From the NCBI RefSeq assembly GCF_001194135.2, contig NC_068986.1:71112525-71166789 (forward strand): a DNA stretch of 54,265 bases. Reading direction: 5' to 3'. A program made the translations under genes and the position numbers. The DNA comes from Octopus bimaculoides. Taxonomy: Eukaryota. Below the pieces are notes generated by a model. It had not been told where the DNA came from, did no database searches, and saw only the letters and a program-made list of their open reading frames with translations. Shown piece after piece: positions 50,984 to 54,265 of the stretch (position 1 is its first letter; each line of letters opens with the position of its first letter).

Positions 50984-50985
50984 TT
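50692..50985. repeat. Compound tetranucleotide array (TCTA)n/(CCTG)n/(TCTG)n
   Basis: Direct inspection. Confidence 0.95.
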
Positions 50986-52498
50986 GTCCCATCTTTGTTG
51001 AGCCCTGTGTGGCTAATAAAAGAAATGTATCTATCTGATATTACTACACATCTATGAAGTGAATATATTTCAATTAAAATTACTTGCTATGTGCGTATTA
51101 AAAGATTATTTATAAGTTACTTCGTAAATAATACTTAATTCTCCTTCTGTGTTGCGGACTCCGAATACTTTGATATTCCGATATAACTAAATATTCTAAG
51201 TTGTGCATTTATGAGAATCAGACTGTCGAGATTACTATGTTTGATAGTTATATAATTGATTTATAATTAATTCTTTTTTAGATAACTCCATCGCAAAAAC
51301 TATCTTCCTATGCAACGTAACATAATTTTGTCGGAAAGTATGCTTGCAACTTCAAAATATAGTTCTCTTCCGAAAATGCTCTATCCTTCACTCTGTTTCA
51401 TTTCCACTTGACTGTGCCTTTCTTCCAAGCAAATGTAAAGAAATCTGCGTTTATAGATATTTATATATTTATGTTCTACATTTTACATATCTTATGATAA
51501 CGTTAGGCATTCATAACTATATTTGTTTCTAAAAGGTACACTTAGAAGTTGTACTGAGAAAATTTAATTTCAAGTAATAGCATGATAAATATAATTTGTA
51601 AGTTCAATGCACAAAGCAAATAACCATCCTCACTATGACTAGAATTCTTTGGTTTCTATGGAAAACCTAATGATTATCTAGTGTTAACCTTTAGCTAGCA
51701 CTGTGAATAAGACGAGTTTCAATGCTTGTACAGAATTACCTTATCGTTTGACGTTACTATCACTGCTTTTGTATTTGAATGTTTGAATTGTGAGTTAATT
51801 TGTTAGCATTGAATGCCAACTCTTTTCCTACATCAGCCTGCTCTTGATCTCTGTGACCAACAGAAAAGTAGATCTATTTGCTATTGCTTTCCTTATATCG
51901 ATTACTAGATACTGAATTATGGTCTCTAAGGAGAGAGAATTGATATGTTAATCTTATTATCCTTGAAAGTATACAATACTATTAGAGACATTCTAGCGAA
52001 TCTTGTAACAGTCATATTCAGCAGAAGGATGTGCATTAGAGACGACTTATTTGAGTTAATCACTAGCTAATCATGTTCAAGTGCAGTGACCGTATTCATA
52101 AGGCGTTAAGCGAATTTATCTTATGGGCTGAAAGCTTGTATAAAGTCATAGGTGGTACATTTTGTCCTTAGCAAAAGCATTTAACACTTTTTCATTCATT
52201 ACTGGTTTCTAACAATCTCAGAAACATATTGTTAGTGAGATTCAGTAAAATAAATTTGTTTATTGGACAATGCAATGTAGAAAAATCAATTGTTTATTAC
52301 ATTTTAAAACATCAAATATGTATAATATTATTGCTAGAGTTGCTTCAATAAAAGATTTTTTTTCATTATATTTAAATAGTACTGACGTTATTAAAACTGA
52401 TTTGCATTCACTCGGTATCATATGGCCAATAGTTATTAAATTTTCTTTCAAAGTATAAACGCAAGAGATAATTATCCTTTCAATAGTTATTTTCATCT

Positions 52499-53266
52499 CC
52501 GTTTTTGAAATTATTTTTACCGGATAAACATTTATCATTATAAATTTATCCGAGAATTCTATTCCTATAGCAGTATTGATGCAGCCGTTTGTGATTTTGC
52601 TAGTTTGACTCAACACTGATATCTACTCAGTTTACCATTAACTGATATATCAAATATATATTCAACATTTTACAAACTCTTGATATATTATCACAATTCA
52701 CCTAACGTACACCTGATGAATTAAATGTATAATCTCTTGGGCCTGGCTCTTCATAGTCAATATACTGCTTTTTAACATTCAAAGACATTTTTCTTATTTT
52801 CTATTACACCTCGGTATCTTAAAAAATACTAATAATACCCGTGAAAATACAACGATTAATTTGAAATGATTTTCAAAATGGTTGGAAGTTTATACACACA
52901 ATTTCTTTGGAAATTGTATTTTGTGTGAAATATTTGATTTTTTTAAATGATGTAAAATTTCACTCGTGTCACCTCTTCTCCTTTGAGAGTTGTTATGTAA
53001 TATTTTTCAGTTTACACCAAAAAGTAAACAATCTTAACTAGAAAGAGATAAAAGATATAAACTATCTATAATATCTCATTACTGTACGACTTAGTTGGTT
53101 GAGCTATATGTTGATATATCACTGAATGGTAAACTGAGTAGATAACAGTGTTGAGTCAAACTAACAAAATCACAACTGCCTGCATCAATACTGCTATAGA
53201 AATAGAATTCTCGGATAAATTTATAATGATAAATGTTTGTCCAGTAAAACTAATTTCAAAATACGG
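52499..53266. mobile_element. Long inverted repeat / foldback or MITE-like element (about 165-bp arms)
   Basis: 52499-52666 is a close reverse complement of 53095-53266; the track shows near-identical opposite-strand ORFs MLSQT(S/N)KIT..IEFSDKFIMINV. Confidence 0.85.
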
Positions 53267-53377
53267 TGTGTTTTCGCAGAAAAAAGTTCATATGGTTAGA
53301 GCTGAACCAAAAGAACGAAGTAAAGTAGTTGCTCCACTGATCTGTAGATAGCTAAAAAGAGAAAGAAAACAGTAATA

Positions 53378-53530
53378 TAGGCGTAGATATGGCCTTATGC
53401 TTTAAAACTATGCTTCATAACCGTGTAGTTCTTTGCTTGGTCGTACTGCGTGGTACTTTCAGCAAGTGTCTTCTACTACAACCTTTCGTGAAGTATGACA
53501 AGGTGAAAGTCATCGTATGTGTAGATTTGT
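53378..53530 (+). mobile_element. Degenerate SINE family A head
   Basis: aggcgtagatatggcc..gtactgcgtggtactttcagcaagtgtcttctactac. Confidence 0.6.
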
Positions 53531-53654
53531 GTATACGTGCATATGTACACACAGAGACATACACACACATTAACACACACATACATATATGCATATACAT
53601 ATGCATATAAATATATGTATATGTACGTGTATATATAAATATATGTATATATAT

Positions 53655-53687
<33 letters not shown>

Positions 53688-54265
53688 NNNNNNNNNNNNN
53701 NNNNNNNNNNNNNNNNNNNNNNNNNNNNNNNNNNNNNNNNNNNNNNNNNNNNNNNNNNNNNNNNNNNNNNNNNNNNNNNNNNNNNNNNNNNNNNNNNNNN
53801 NNNNNNNNNNNNNNNNNNNNNNNNNNNNNNNNNNNNNNNNNNNNNNNNNNNNNNNNNNNNNNNNNNNNNNNNNNNNNNNNNNNNNNNNNNNNNNNNNNNN
53901 NNNNNNNNNNNNNNNNNNNNNNNNNNNNNNNNNNNNNNNNNNNNNNNNNNNNNNNNNNNNNNNNNNNNNNNNNNNNNNNNNNNNNNNNNNNNNCAGAAAA
54001 AATATATTCCGTTTAAAAACACAAACCGTTCATGGCGAAAAAATTTCACAATTACAAGAAACGAACAAAATTTTTAAAGTTTTAGCAAAAAGAACGCTAT
54101 TACCTACATACAGGCATCCTCGTGTGCGGCCGTACACACGTTCATACGCGCACACACGCTCATGCACGCACACACGTGCACTCTCACATGTGTATATATG
54201 GATACACAAAGAAGCAAAGATCAGAAGTCATAAACACATACACACACACACACACACACATACAT

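Overview
Eukaryotic, AT-rich, repeat-dominated animal DNA. It is most likely an octopus scaffold, inferred from microsatellite density, short N-gaps, and tRNA-headed SINEs and (TAA)n-tailed R4/Dong LINE ends that I recognise from Octopus genomes. No intact, identifiable host gene was found, and most long ORFs in the track are microsatellite or gap artefacts. The window holds decayed retroelements: a CR1-group LINE with a CCCH-finger ORF1, three R4/Dong RLE-LINE copies, RTE and I/Jockey-like remnants, Penelope-like elements (PLEs) including a GIY-YIG remnant, and more than 15 SINE copies. It also holds DNA transposon remnants (DD41D/rosa mariner, two mariner fragments, a Merlin/ISXO2 fragment, MITE-like inverted repeats). 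The most notable signal is a set of minimal type I hammerhead ribozymes: one near-intact at the 3' end of a PLE-like element (27464-27511, +), one with an intact core fused directly behind a tRNA-derived SINE head (7689-7734, -), and two decayed copies with complementary mutations. A candidate two-exon 59-aa secreted peptide gene (44267-45492) and some orphan exon-like segments are reported at low to moderate confidence.
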